64,000 nucleotides of DNA from Octopus vulgaris (Eukaryota), in the NCBI GenBank assembly GCA_951406725.2, contig OX597830.1, forward strand, positions 34,410,001 to 34,474,000, given 5' to 3'. Each line of letters begins with the position of its first letter. Position 1 is the stretch's first letter. Shown here one piece after another: positions 1 through 13,354 of this stretch. The notes beneath the pieces are model-generated. The model was not told where the DNA came from and did not search any database. It saw nothing but the letters and a program-made list of their open reading frames with translations. Made by a program: the position numbers and the translations under genes.

Positions 1-157
1 ATATGTATATATATGTGTGTGTGTGTGTTTATGTATATATGGACAATATTTTAGGAGAAAAAAGAAACCAAAACGGTAGGAAGAGAATAATAAACATTTA
101 TTTATCATAAATGTTATTTAATTCGTTCTTCTTCTCCACTCGACCGATTATCCATAC

Positions 158-169
158 ATCTGTCTCTTC
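158..169 (-). other. Candidate 12-nt microexon (EETD in phase 0)
   Basis: Minus strand: long CT-rich polypyrimidine tract ...ctctcttttctctatag|GAAGAGACAGAT|gtatgg. Strong acceptor, modest donor; no transcript evidence. Confidence 0.2.
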
Positions 170-489
170 CTATAGAGAAAAGAGAGAAAGAGAGAGAGGG
201 AAAGAGATGTGTACATACAAAATGTTTGGGTGATTTCAATGGCATTAAAAGAAATACTAGAACAGAACACAAAACAAACATATATATACATTCGCACATA
301 CTTAAGAATAAAAAAAGTAGAGATGTATATCAATATCATTATATTATCAACAAATTATACATACATATACATAAATAGAAAAATACTATTGTATATATAC
401 TCTATTATTACCATTGAAGATTGCAGTGGACCTGATGAAACCAAGTGTGTGAAACTGACACATACAAACAGACATAGGAGCTAGCGATT

Positions 490-720
490 TGAGTCTTTAC
501 CGTGGTCATTTGAGTTGCTAGAAATAGAAAGTTAACCACTCCCAAACCATACCCTTTGAGTTTTGATAGTAACTTAAATATTGACAATATATAATTATGG
601 GTGCGTTATTTTTAAATACATACTGAAATAAACCGGCTGCTCATGATGTTCTAACATTCCCCTGAAGATAGGTTTGTTTTATCAAGGTGACATGATGGGG
701 CAGACTTAAACGACAGCAAT
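490..720. mobile_element. Degenerate octopus interspersed repeat (family D, gctagaaatagcagcc motif)
   Basis: Shares gctagaaatag...ccaaaccatacc and ataggtttg...atcaagg..gac..ggg..aaac motifs with copies at ~16835, ~31340, ~35735 and (inverted) ~44625-45050. Confidence 0.5.
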
Positions 721-834
721 CACAAAGACGCTTTAATTACCACACATCTTAAGGCGTATATGCAAAACGACATTGCTTAAACATCACTGAGGTTTTGAAA
801 ACCGTGTCACATTCTGTTTTTGCCTTTCTTTATC

Positions 835-1003
835 ATCATCATTGTCGTCATCATCAGCTCGGTTTAACACTACCACCGGGTACCTTGGCGCCTTTAACAG
901 AATCCACTCTGGTGCAAGTATCCGGTTTGCGGATATCTTACTCCCGATAGTCTCGGAGACCCAGCAAGTGGGGTCTTGGACATGGTATTCCCTTCCGACG
1001 TGA
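835..1003 (-). mobile_element. Probable retroposon 3' end with (GAT)n tail
   Basis: GC-richer island ending on the minus strand in gttaaaccgagctgatgatgacgac..., like the LINE/SINE tails elsewhere in the window. Family not recognised. Confidence 0.3.
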
Positions 1004-1039
1004 AACAAATATATAATACAAGCATGTTATAATTGTCGC

Positions 1040-1370
1040 TGTCGTAATCATCAGCCTTGTCGTCGTCGTCATCATCAACAACAACAGCAACAACTCAGTC
1101 AGTCTCGTCGTCGTCGTCGTCGTCATAATCATCATCATCATCATCATCGATCTTATGATCGTAATCATCTTCAAGGATATCGTCACTATCGTTGTCGTCG
1201 TCGTCGTCTTTATAACAGTACATCAACATCTTCGTCACCACCACCATCAATACCATCACCACCAACAGTTCTATCATCATCTCTTTCATCTCCCCCTCTT
1301 CCTCATCATCATCGACGTCGTCATCGTCGTCGTCGTCGTCGTCGCCTTCATCATCACCATCATCATTGCG
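1040..1370. repeat. Compound (CAT/CGT/CAC)n trinucleotide low-complexity block
   Basis: Direct reading of the sequence. Confidence 0.9.
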
Positions 1371-1445
1371 TTTTGTGCAGCAGCTAATAGAATCAGTGAC
1401 CGAGTTTTGATTCGTGATTGCCTAAAGTAAAGTCATGTATGACAA

Positions 1446-1467
1446 TCTCTCTCTCTTTCTCTTTCTA

Positions 1468-1498
<31 letters not shown>

Positions 1499-1499
1499 A

Positions 1500-1535
<36 letters not shown>

Positions 1536-1613
1536 AACCTTATACTTTATCCCTCTATATCGTCCCCTCTGTTACTATCTCTGTCTCAAGCCCTGTTTCC
1601 TTTTCTTTCTTTC

Positions 1614-1648
<35 letters not shown>

Positions 1649-1930
1649 TCTTTCTGTCTCTTCGTCTCTCTTACTTCATCGCTGTTTTTATCTCTGTCTG
1701 TCTCTTTCTGTCTCTATTGCTGCTAAACTTTGTACCCCTCTCTCTCTCTCTCTTTCTCTCTCTCATACACTGTGTCTCTATCACTCGCTCTTTCTGTAGC
1801 TATCCTTTCTCTCGCTCTTCACTCTCCCACTCAATCTCAATCTGTGATCTTCCCCCTCTGTCTTTGACTTTTCCTCTATCTCCTCTTCGTCCTTTTCTCT
1901 CCTATCCTCTCCTCCCCCTCTCTCTTTCAC
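1446..1930. repeat. (CT)n polypyrimidine block with a short internal duplication
   Basis: (CT)n runs; ctttctctttctaaacttct duplicated at ~1455-1530. Confidence 0.9.
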
Positions 1931-2168
1931 ACACATAGCTCTGAGGCTTTTTGTGCTTTATTTAGAAATGCTTATCATCGCTTTTCCAACCACAACCCAC
2001 ACCTTCAACCACATCATTGTCTCTCTACGACCAACTAAGTCCATCGCGGTTTTCATGACCAACTACCAACACCGCCACCACCTTTGCCACCACCACTACC
2101 TTTGCCACCACCACCGTCGTCATTTATGTTTCATCACCACTGACACCGCTATCAAAGCTACGATCTTT

Positions 2169-2201
<33 letters not shown>

Positions 2202-2452
2202 GTCATCGGCAACCGCAACAGCATTGCCATGAATATTATCGTTCTTATTAGTGTTGCTCCAATCCTTACGACCGCTACAACCAACACCCTACATGCAGCA
2301 TCACCAACGCCACCGTCGCCACTACCACCATCAGCACCCAGCCCAACCCCAACCCCCATACCCCATCCCACCAACCCCCTCCCATTGCAATTACCATCGG
2401 TTCATTTGATTCCTCGAATTTCCAGTCTTTTTCTTAGCTTCTCATCTTTTAC

Positions 2453-2527
2453 CGTTTCCTTCAGAAATCTTTTGTGATTCCTTTGCAACAGTTTGCTTGC
2501 ATCTCTTGTTTGACAAGATTTTTCCAT
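2453..2527 (-). CDS. Candidate alternative first coding exon MEKSCQTRDASKLLQRNHKRFLKET (phase 0)
   Basis: aggATGG Kozak context, 25 open codons, then ACG|gtaaaa donor; high-complexity island between microsatellites. Donor is weak. Confidence 0.2.
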
Positions 2528-2563
2528 CCTTTTGATTCCGAACGCGGTTCGATGGAAATGGCA

Positions 2564-2594
<31 letters not shown>

Positions 2595-3039
2595 CGATGA
2601 TTATGATGACGATGATGAAGATGATGATGATGATGATGAAGGATGTCTGTCGGCGAGTAATTAAATAATTTTCTTTTAATGTGTATTGATCGTTCAATTA
2701 TTGCATTGATCTCGGCATCGCGATGGGCGGTAATGAGAGAAAGAAAGAAAGAAAGGAAAGAGAAGAAATGTGTACGTGCATGTGTTTATGTGTGCATCTT
2801 TGTATGTATGTATGTGTGTGTATATGCGCGTGTGTGTATAATGGTGTTGGGGTGGCGGTGAATGATATTTCTAATCGTTGACGAACTTCCTTAAGGAACA
2901 AATTTTGGCATCTGTTGTCATTAGCATTATCATGTCACAATTATCATCGTCGCTTTCATCATCACCATCATCAGCAGCAGCATTTTTCAGCATCATCATC
3001 GTAGCCCTCGTCTTCATCAATACCACTCTCATCAAATCT

Positions 3040-3056
3040 GCTCTTCTTCTTCTTCT

Positions 3057-3091
<35 letters not shown>

Positions 3092-3135
3092 CTTCTTCTT
3101 CTTCTTCTTCTTCTTCTTCTTCTTCTTCTTCTTCC
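3040..3135. repeat. (CTT)n microsatellite
   Basis: About 30 near-perfect CTT units. Confidence 0.95.
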
Positions 3136-3574
3136 GTCTCCTCTGTCGTTGCCGTAATCATACTCGCCATCATCTTCCAGAAGCGTATCTTTAATTTTAA
3201 ATGTCTAATTCGTATACAAGATCTTCATATAGCCATATTTTTCCCAATTACATGCTTCTTCATCTTCGTCATCAACCCCATTCTCATCCACCTCTTTCAA
3301 CAACAAACACCACCACCACGCCACCACCACCACGCCACAACAATCACCAGTATCATTAAAAACAACCATAGAATTAGAAACAAAATATTTCCGTTATGAC
3401 AAAAGGTAACACATCGGGGACAAAAATTAGGTTTTATCTCTACAATGAATCATCAGAAAGTAATGCTAAGATGTGGTATGTAACAAGATTATTTATTTTA
3501 TGAAGATCTACAAAATATCCGACTTCAAGGAATCCAACTTTGAGTGCTTGTATATATATATATATTTGTATAGG

Positions 3575-3660
<86 letters not shown>

Positions 3661-3721
3661 TATATACGCATATATATATATATAATATATATATATATAT
3701 CTATACATATATATGGATATA

Positions 3722-3900
3722 TAAAGGGAAATTTTTACGAAAATAAACAAAAGACGAAGGCAGGTGGAGTACAAAAAAATGTATTAGTATAGCGCTCAGG
3801 AATAGAAAAAGTCTTTTACGTTTCGTGCCTACGCTCTTCGACAGAAAGATACACAGAAAAAAACAAGGAGATAAAAAAATACGTGTAGGAGCTGCCGATA
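3722..3900 (-). mobile_element. Penelope-type pLTR-like short element carrying a minimal hammerhead (family H1)
   Basis: Homologous to 56613-56810; inserted between (TA)n and (CA)n tracts; contains the hammerhead fold at 3812-3849. Confidence 0.6.
3812..3849 (-). ncRNA. Putative minimal type-I hammerhead ribozyme, A6U core variant
   Basis: Minus strand: tcttt CTGTCGA a gagc-gtag-gcac GAAA cgT A aaaga. Stem I tcttt/aaaga; stem II with 1 mismatch; palindromic ACGT stem III. Confidence 0.5.
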
Positions 3901-4307
3901 CACGCACACACACACACATATATATGCATGTATGTATGTATGTACGTATGTATGTATGTATGTATGTATATATGTATGTATGTCTGTATGTATGTATGTA
4001 TGTATGTATATACGTATGTATTTGTATAGGTTTGTTCCACTTAGTAATAACGGCACCAGCAACCAGCTGTTAGAATTCAACATACTTATACTTCACAGTG
4101 TTCGTATATTCAATTGTGTTCCGTAACAACGAAATACGGCCTCGAAGTGGGTTTCAGGAAGCTATAAGATATCTCACTAACACTCAACTCTGACTATATA
4201 GGTGTTTTTTTTATACTAGGAAGTACTCTAAGATAACGGAAAGGATTACATAACTCTTGTTTCATTTATTAGTGTGTGCAAGTGTGTGTCTGTATATATG
4301 TATATGA

Positions 4308-4970
4308 GTGCAGGAGTGGTTCAGGAGTGATAAGGCGGCGAGCTGGCAGAAACGTTAGCACGCCGGGCGAAATGCTTAGCGGTATTTCGTCTGCGTTACG
4401 TTGTGAGTTCAAATTCCGCCGAGGTTGACTTTGCCTTTCATCCTTTCGGGGTCGATAAATTAAGTACCAGTTACGGACTGGGGTCGATGTAATCGACTTA
4501 ATACCTATGTCTGTCCTTGTTTGTCCCCTCTGTGTTTAGCCCTTGTGGGTAATAAAGAAATAGGAAATAGGTTCAGGAGTGGTTAGAAGCTTGCTTACCA
4601 ACCACATGGTTCTGGGTTCAGTCTCATTGTGTGACACCTTGAGCAAGTGTCTTCTGCTATAGACTCGGGTCGACCAAAGCCTTGTGAGTGGATTTGGTAG
4701 ACGGGAACTGAAAGAAGCCCGTCGTACACAAACACACAAACACACACACACATATATACGCTTGTGTGTCAGTGTTTGGTCCCCCCCCCCCACCATCGCT
4801 TGACAACCGATGTTGGTGTGTCTATGTCCCTGTAACTTAGCGGTTCGGCAAAAGATAGAATTAATACTAGGCTTACAAAGAATAAGTCCTGGGGTCGAGA
4901 TGTTCGACTTAAGGCGGTGCTCCAGCATGGCTGCGGTCAAATGACTGAAGCAAATGAAAGAGTAAAGAGT
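4308..4970 (+). mobile_element. tRNA-derived SINE family A (~400 nt, CORE-like; probably octopus OR-type), interrupted by a family B SINE
   Basis: gcaggagtgg...ggttcagtc..accttgagcaagtgtcttct...gaagcccgtcg-(microsatellite)-...ggccgcagtcaaatgactgaa..gtaaagag; many copies in the window. Confidence 0.9.
4330..4569 (+). mobile_element. SINE family B, young full-length copy with 12-bp TSD
   Basis: aaggcggcgagctggcagaaacgttagc...gagttcaaattcc...gactttgcctttcatcctttcggggtcgataaattaagtaccag...aataaagaaatag; TSD GGTTCAGGAGTG at 4318-4329 and 4570-4581. Confidence 0.9.
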
Positions 4971-4995
4971 ATACACACACACACACACACATATC

Positions 4996-5026
<31 letters not shown>

Positions 5027-5077
5027 CATGTATATATATGAGAGAAAGAAAATGGAATTCACGAGATTCTTTATTGT

Positions 5078-5124
5078 TCACTACGATCGTTTCGACCCAT
5101 CGTGCATCGGTGCCTCGCAGGTGA
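5078..5124 (-). ncRNA. Degenerate minimal hammerhead in a short (TA)n-flanked element (~5040-5195)
   Basis: Minus strand: tcac CTG-CGA ggcaccgatgcacgatgggtc GAAA cgatcgT A gtga, then AATAAA. Core lacks A6; stem III palindrome ACGATCGT. Confidence 0.45.
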
Positions 5125-5251
5125 GATGCTATAAAAAAAACTCTGGTGCATCGAAGGTGTGGACTTGGCAGCAGGTACTTGGTTTCTTAATATTTATTAT
5201 ATATATATGCGTGTGTGTGTGTATGTATGTATATATGTATATATATGTATG

Positions 5252-5314
<63 letters not shown>

Positions 5315-6619
5315 GAATGGAGTTATAGATATCATACGATAAAGTAAACAGTATTGATGAATATGGTCATCAATTTTCGACCAGTTTAAAATAACAGTTC
5401 CTCTCGAACTAGTCTGCATCGTAAAAATTAGAAATGATACTGACTGAACAAAAATACGGGATTTTCCTTGAAACATATCTGTAACATCAAGATATGGCTA
5501 CTATTTTTAGTTAGTCAAACGATCGTATGTTGGTCAGTTTTCGTTTTATAATTTGGTCAAAGGAAAACGTGGACTCATCGTCCGTTAGCCTTAGAGATCC
5601 TCTAGTAGGTTTATGTTGCTGCTAATTAATCGGTAGTTTTCTAGGTAGGTCGATGTCTCAAAGGAACGTGATACTGTTTCTGATTCATATAATTTTATAC
5701 AAGATGGTTTTATTTCTTGTTCGGTGTTACATGCGAAAATGTTCCCTTATAGCGACGTATAATGTCAAATATTATACGTCCCGATGTATCAGTTTGTAGA
5801 GTCATAATGTTTGCTACTTTCGTGTTTATATTGAAATTTGTATATTATATCAGATTTTAGAGAAACATTAATTCTGTGGTTTTCGAGTTTGAAGCTTCAT
5901 GTTAAGGAATATTATTTTCAATTCTATCCGTATCACACACTACAAATATGGACACGAGTAGAAGATCCATATATTGTCTTGTGGGTTACGGAAATGATAA
6001 TTTCTCTAAATAATTTTTTCGCATATAAGGTACTTTTTTCGTAGGGTGTGTATACATACCTGTATATTACAATTTCTATATAGTTTATATTACAGTAACT
6101 GTAATAAAATTGCTTTCTACATCCGAAGTAGTAAATATGTCACTACATTTGCTAGTTCTGTGTGAAACTTTTAGGAATTCGTTCGCTGCGCATATCCTAT
6201 TTTTCGTATGTTTCTGTCTGTTTAATGAGTAGCTGTATTATCTGAGAGATTGTAGATCGGAGGTAGATTCTCTGTTTGTATCTAGAGAGCAATAGATGTA
6301 TTTTAGATTAATCTCGTCTACGTATTGAAAAGAAAATTGATCAGATTTGACCGCTTGCAGCAATAATTAATTGGTTCAGTATAAAATTTAACTACGCAGT
6401 ATTGTCTTTATTCTGACAAATTTGTTGATTTTACACTGTGTATTTTCGAAAAGTATTCATCTTTATTGTAGCTTTTACATATTAAAATATTATCATAGTT
6501 TCTCAGATCCTGTGGATCCAACATAAGATTCTCGTTAAGAAATTTCGTTGTGATTACACTGTCGTTCATGCCATTACACCTAAATAAGTCCTGCAGTTTA
6601 TCAATGTTTAAAATGCATT

Positions 6620-6840
6620 GGTAGACGTGCTGGTAGAATCATTAGCACGCCGGAAAAAACGCTTAGTGATATTTCGTCCGTGTTTACATTCTGAGTTCAG
6701 ATTCTTCCAAGATCGACTTTGCCTTTCATCCTTTCGAGATCGATAAATTAAGTACCAGATGAGAACCGGAATCGACGTAATCAACATCCACCCTCTTCCA
6801 AATTTTCTAGCCTTGTGCCATAATTTGAAACCAATATTTA
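6620..6840 (+). mobile_element. SINE family B (alternative tail)
   Basis: ctggtagaatcattagcacgccgg...gactttgcctttcatcctttcg...gataaattaagtaccag...gccttgtgcc..aatttgaaacc. Confidence 0.85.
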
Positions 6841-7337
6841 AAATATATTTACCACGAAGGATCTTGAAATAACGGTAAAATAATTCTGGTTCAACTTCCT
6901 TTCGGTTTTGGCTGCATATCATTTTTTAGGTGGAAGATCATGTCGTCATTGAGAAGTATAATTTGATACAGGACAAATGTGAGCTGTGAGAAGTCAAGAT
7001 ATTTGCCTTATAATGACCACAAAGACTTCATATGCTATAGCGTGAAACAAAATCTGTATAACTGAGTAAAATTTACGAAAGATTTGTTTCTTATCTCCTG
7101 AATTTTGCAATGCGTTTTCTAGCTGAGAATTTTTATTTGCGATTTTCCTAAGTTCTGCGTTCCAGTGGTTATTTTGACGTTCGATCTACTTTTTCTGATA
7201 TACGTATGTTTGTATGTATAAAGAGAGAAATGTGTAAATACGTACATACTTATTCATGCATGCCTCCATCTATCCATCCATACATACATACATATATACA
7301 TACTTACATACATACACACACAAGCATATGTGTATAT

Positions 7338-7553
7338 ACTCTTTACTCTTTTACTTGTTTCAGTCATTTGACTGCGGCCATGCTGGAGCACCACCTTTAG
7401 TCGAACAAATCGACCCCAGGACTTATTCTTTGGAAGCCTAGTACTTATTCTATCGGTCTCTTTTGCCAAACCGCAAATTACGGAGATATAAACACACCAG
7501 CATCGGTTGTCAAGCGATGTTGGGGGGGGGGAATAGACACAGATACACACCAT

Positions 7554-7625
<72 letters not shown>

Positions 7626-7770
7626 CGCATATAGACGGCGGTCTTCTTTCAGTTTCCGTCTACCAAATCCACTCACAAGCTTTTGCCCAAGTTACCACGC
7701 AGTGGAAATGAACCCGGAACCATGTGTTTGATAAGCAAGTTACTTACCACACAGCAACTCCTGCGCCTAT
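7338..7770 (-). mobile_element. SINE family A
   Basis: Reverse complement of the family A consensus with a (CA)n spacer and a small internal deletion. Confidence 0.9.
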
Positions 7771-7779
7771 GCGTATGAA

Positions 7780-7930
7780 TGCTAGAAAATTGTTAGTTCG
7801 TTTGAACTTAGGATAGTATGTCTTGCGGTATGTGTTCTGTTTCTTTGCGTTCATAGTTTAAATCGCACCAAAGTCAGCTTCACCTTTCATAATTTCGGAG
7901 CTGATAAATAAAGTACCATTTCAATTCTGA
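7780..7930 (+). mobile_element. Degenerate SINE family B
   Basis: aagtcagcttcacctttcataatttcggagctgataaataaagtacca resembles the family B core. Confidence 0.55.
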
Positions 7931-8822
7931 GGTCGGTTCCTCTTTTCTTCAACTCCGTCTCCCATTCTACTTTTCAGTTTCTTCCTCTTTTTTTTTTTTT
8001 TTACTTTTAAAAAACATACTGTCTTCAGACAACTTTCAATCGTTGTTTTTGAATAACATGGATAAATTCTTTAACCTACTTTCAAATAACCCATGCTTTT
8101 CCACTAGATTTCCAATAAAGTAGTAGAAAATATTTGGTAAATCCTTTAAGAGCTCAAGATTGACGAAATGCTTTCCACTACAATAATTACGGCGCTTTTC
8201 TGTCTTGTTTTGAACTTTGACGATGACGCAAGTCTTCGTCTTATATTTTTTTTATAAGTATTTGCCTTCTCAATAATATTATGCACAGTTAATTTGCCAA
8301 AAGCATCGCTGTGCTAATTTCATGCGTATTAATTATTGCTAATTTTTCTTCCAGCTCTAAAACATTTCCTTTATTTGATTAGAACTTTCATGACTTCTGC
8401 GATTGCAACTGATTTGCTTAGAACTCGTTATAAAAAGTAGAAAAACTTAAAGGGTCCGTTATACAGTAATCCCTTGTTTACATGAATTAAATCACAAAAT
8501 ATATCTTATTCGTGGGAACATTAGATTGGATTTTGTGTTGTGGCTGGCTTATCTGGAAAAAGAAAACGATGTTATGATGCTCTCATTAAAATAATACGTA
8601 TTACTAAACGATTGCTATTAGGGATCCAATTTATAGGGTATTGAGCGGGTGATTAGATTTGTTGTTGATATAAAATAATCTTTCATTAGCTTTCATTAAT
8701 AGCAAAAGTTATTTGCATCTAAAATGTTGAGATCATGCCTAAAAATATATTTATACGAAGATTTAAGAAGAAAAGTTATACAAAGATCAATACCAACTTA
8801 AATTCATAAACTTATTTCACCA

Positions 8823-8976
8823 AGGCGTAGGCGTGGCTGTGGGGTAAGAAGCTTGTTTCCCAGGCACAGTTCAGTCCCACTGCGTGGTACCTTGGGCAAG
8901 TGTCTTCTACTATACCCTCAGGCCGACCAAAGCCTTGTAAGTGAATTTGGTTGACGGAAACTGAACGAAGCTCGTC

Positions 8977-9017
<41 letters not shown>

Positions 9018-9440
9018 TATTAATTAGAGACAAAACCACTATTTTGCAAAACAAACAAGGAAAGACTTAATCAATACATAAAATTTTAATAAAAAGTAAA
9101 AAAACCGCCACTACAATTGTTTCATGTCTAATGACAATCTTCAGGTGGATTTCCGATAAATCAGTTTCAATTTATGAAGTGTATATATATATATGTGTAT
9201 ATATATATGTGTATATATATATGTGTATATATATGGATGCATTTATGTATGTATATATATATACATGTATGTATGTATATAGTATTTATGTGGTGCGTTT
9301 ATGTCCCCGTAACTTAGAGGTTCGGCAAAAGAGAACGATAGAATAAATACTAATTTCTTCGACTAAAAAGACCTTTAAGGCGGTGCTCCAGCATGGCCGC
9401 AGTCAAATGACTGAAACGTGGAAACGAATAAAAGAATAAA
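8823..9440 (+). mobile_element. SINE family A with a hammerhead element nested in its (TA)n spacer
   Basis: Head 8823-8978, tail 9290-9440; foreign segment 9015-9180 in between. Confidence 0.85.
9108..9148 (-). ncRNA. Putative minimal type-I hammerhead ribozyme
   Basis: Minus strand: ccac CTGAAGA t-tgtc-atta-gaca-t GAAA caattgT A gtgg. Intact CUGANGA/GAAA/UH core; stem I ccac/gtgg; palindromic stem III ACAATTGT. Confidence 0.7.
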
Positions 9441-10306
9441 TAAGTAATTTTAAAGAATCTTTTCAAAATATACCTAATTTTATCACCGATCGTGTTTCTA
9501 GGGCTCAATAAAAGATCGTTGTCTTCATAGACCTCTCTGACTGGAAATATATGCAAAAGGCTTTAAATACAGTTTCCGAAATGTTCACATAATTCTGTCT
9601 TATCAAGTCCTTAAACATCAAACAATTTGTCTCTTGATTTCCTAGACTGTGTCATCAAATAAGGAGGAATCCCTTGCACGCATAACTATTTTACTATCAA
9701 ACTTTTTATTTTTCAATGTGATATTGGCGAGAGCGATGTGATTAAGAACTTCATTTACGGAAAGATATAATTTTGCTACATTAAACTGATTAACTTTACA
9801 ATGTTATATTCATTAATATAATTAATTCATTCCACTAATAAAATACTAGTGTTCCATGGAAGGAAGGTTATTAAATTTTTATTCTATTTAGGTGAATCTA
9901 GAACTAGCTTGTTAACTATTCCCAACGGAATTTTTTTATAGGATTGACTAAAGAATTGTATTTTTAGAAATACAAATTACTAAAAAATTTACACTTATGG
10001 ACTCTAAAAGCAATATATGTTGTTTATAGTTCTAGTAAGCATATTTGTGATTTCTTTTGCTTCTATAAATATAGATTTGCTTGTGTTGGCATCTGGGCTT
10101 TCGTAAATGTTAGAAATTTTATGAAATAATTGTCTGTTATATGTGTTTCTACCTATAATATAAATATTCTTTTGTGTTGTTGGACAATGCATGAATTTAC
10201 TTGGAATGCTGCAAAGATGTAATATTTTAGTTTATAAAGCTGTTGTAAAATTTCCAAAAGGTTTCCAGTTGTTGGGAGATTTTCCATATCTTAAAACCAA
10301 ACTTAC

Positions 10307-10431
10307 CGTCTGCTTAAGCCCCAGCGCGCCTCTTTAAAGAGTGATAGCATTTAAAATCAAATAATGGTTTTGCATATGCTTAACTCTATGTACACAGTAG
10401 CTTTCAAACAAACTTGGTGAATTTTATTTTA
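10307..10431 (-). CDS. Candidate exon with start codon at 10350: MLSLFKEARWGLSR (phase 2)
   Basis: tatttacag| acceptor and ACG|gtaagt consensus donor; an upstream noncoding donor CCA|gtaaga lies at 10761. Confidence 0.3.
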
Positions 10432-11288
10432 CTGTAAATAAAATATCTCATGTATTTTAAGACATATGTGATTTAAATGAAAAGTTCGACACACTGAAAG
10501 TTTGTGGATATATTTCAAAATATTTACTTATAATCATGTACCATTAAGCATTATACTTCCAAATATTTTTAGAATTATGGATATTTTAACCGTCAATTTG
10601 GATTCTATTTGAAGAGATTTATGATTAGTTTTTTCGACTTGGATGCGTTCAAGAGCTGGAGATTTTTTTTTTTACATAACCGCAACGAATTTAATTTTCC
10701 ACATCTGGTATTATCTAAATGTTTTATATTCTTATGTTTATATATATTTTTTTCTCTTACTGGTAAATGTCACCCTTCTATCTCTCGTGTTCTTCAAATA
10801 ACGACTATATGAGCAACAAATAAAACCCTTGTGTTTAAGTTATTTTATCCAATCAAATCTCGTTATATTGTTTAGAATAAACGCCCAATGACCAGAAATA
10901 AGAAAATCAGAGTAACGCTTTCTAAAGTTTCTGCTTCGAATTATATGTATAATACTACTTTTAGTATCAGGTTCTCATTTTCCGCCTTTTCGTTCACTTT
11001 AAAGTGTTTATTTACATATACATACATATACATTCGTACGTATATACATATGTACTTGCATACATACATAACAGTCAGACTCCCGCCTCATATATATTTT
11101 ATAATTTTCATGTCGACTGGGACATAATGTTTCGCTTATTGGTTTATTCAGCCAGACTTGAAGTCACAGTCAACAGGAAATTCTAATAAACATGACGGTT
11201 CTTTTAGGATTGAGTCACCACATCAGAGGATGTTCTGTTGTTATTCTTAAACTAGCTTTAAAATGATAATTTCAATTTAACATTGTGT

Positions 11289-11339
<51 letters not shown>

Positions 11340-11519
11340 TCGTTTATTCACATCATGTCGCGACTATATGCCAGAAAGAAATTTTCATGAGCGAAGTTGT
11401 CGTTTTCCTTTCATTATTAACAAAATGAAATTTGTTCCTCTTTGTATCCTTGTCCTTCTTCTTTTTCTGACGTATGCTCTCTTTGTTTCTCATATCCACC
11501 CTTTCTTCCTCTCTTTCTC

Positions 11520-11523
<4 letters not shown>

Positions 11524-11603
<80 letters not shown>

Positions 11604-11635
11604 TACACACACACACACACACACAGATACACACA
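11524..11635. repeat. (CA)n microsatellite
   Basis: Direct reading; one of many (TA)n/(CA)n tracts (e.g. 3550-3720, 13810-14100, 28450-28700, 38510-38850, 49900-51270, 58345-58440). Confidence 0.95.
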
Positions 11636-11773
11636 CCGCACTTCTTTAATAGGAAATATCTTAAAGAAAATAAACAAAACTTGAATTCAAGACAATTTTG
11701 ATGTGACTTGGCATGCTTGATTAATGTGTGTATATGTACATTCATGCATATCATGTATGAGTGTGTATATATG

Positions 11774-11812
<39 letters not shown>

Positions 11813-12586
11813 ACACACACAATTGTGGAATTTTACATGGGTGGTTGGAGAATGCAAATGATTTTGTATGTGTGTAGGTTGATGGGTTTAAATATATATA
11901 GATGGCTGCTAAAACAATCATTTTATATATCTATATGTGTATTAAACTATCTATCTATATATATGTATATATAATATATATATGTATATACATATAAATA
12001 TATGTATATATATATAAATATATGTATATATGTATATATATATATAATGTATATATATATGTGTGTGTGTGTGTGTATGTATGTATATTTCTCAAGATGT
12101 TATTACAATCTTATTAAGACGTTATTTTGTCTTACTCATTCTCCACACCATTTTCTAGAACATTCATTTTCTTTTCTCTCATTCTGAATTACTGTCTTTA
12201 CTCTATCTATCTACCTATCGCACCATCCATTAATTTTCAGTGGTTTTTCCCCATCTACAGATGAAGAAATATTTAGACACAGATATTTTCAATTGTATAT
12301 GGGCATGAAAATTCCTATCACAACATTAGAAATACAGGCACTGAAAATGGGAATCTTCAGTAAATAATATATATGTATATACACATATTCTTCTATATTA
12401 TATAGTTAGACATGTATCTATGTATTCCAATGTGTATAAGTATATATATATATATGTGTGAGTGTGCATGCGTGCCTACATGTATATATATATATGTGAG
12501 TGTGCATGCGTGCATATATGTATATATATATATATATAAATTTATATAGATATATATATATATGAAATTATATATAATATATATAA

Positions 12587-12620
<34 letters not shown>

Positions 12621-12628
12621 AATTATAT

Positions 12629-12674
<46 letters not shown>

Positions 12675-13286
12675 AAATTATATATAATATACATACATAC
12701 GAAATTATATGCTATATACAAATATATGTGTGTGTGTGTGTGTGTGTACACACACAAACATGTGACAGAGAAAGAAAGGTAGAAGGGAAGAATAATGTAA
12801 GGTAGAAACACATGTCCATCTTAGACGCAATATGAAGTGCAACACTTAAAGTGACTTTATGAAAATTTCTCTCGGAATTTTTCAAAGACGATTACAAAAT
12901 GAGACAACTGGTTTGTGTAGACACTTTCATACATCCTACAGTCAAGTACATTCGTCTGTGAGTAAGATATGCATTCTCATTTGCAAACTCTTGTACTTAA
13001 GTGTATATGTATTTAGGAACAAATGCACACGATTGTATACTGGAACATGGCATCTTGAATTGCGTATCTATATCTTTATGCTCTCCTTTCTCCATCTCTC
13101 TATTTGTCTATCAAACCATCTGTCAATCCATCTATACAGACATTCCACTATCCAGCCATCAAATCAGCCAGTTCTTCAATTCACACATCTTTCCATGTAT
13201 CTATGTGTCCACTCATTCATCCGTCTCATTTCTCTATACCTATAAAAATATTAACACACCACATACTTCACACACACACATATATG

Positions 13287-13354
<68 letters not shown>

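Noticed and set aside
98-169. EETDVWIIGRVEKKNELNNIYDK, faint resemblance to the ATG4 VWILGR motif
   Set aside because: The frame closes immediately and no other ATG4 motifs occur; similarity too short to support.
432-460. CTGATGA...GAAAC hammerhead-like motif
   Set aside because: No convincing stem II, no stem III/UH and no stem I partner.
12240-12365. Possible plus-strand exon after ccccatctacag
   Set aside because: Weak donor, short frame without recognisable protein and no supporting plus-strand exon chain; the isolated plus-strand donors at ~12958, ~15390 and ~42240 are likewise unsupported.
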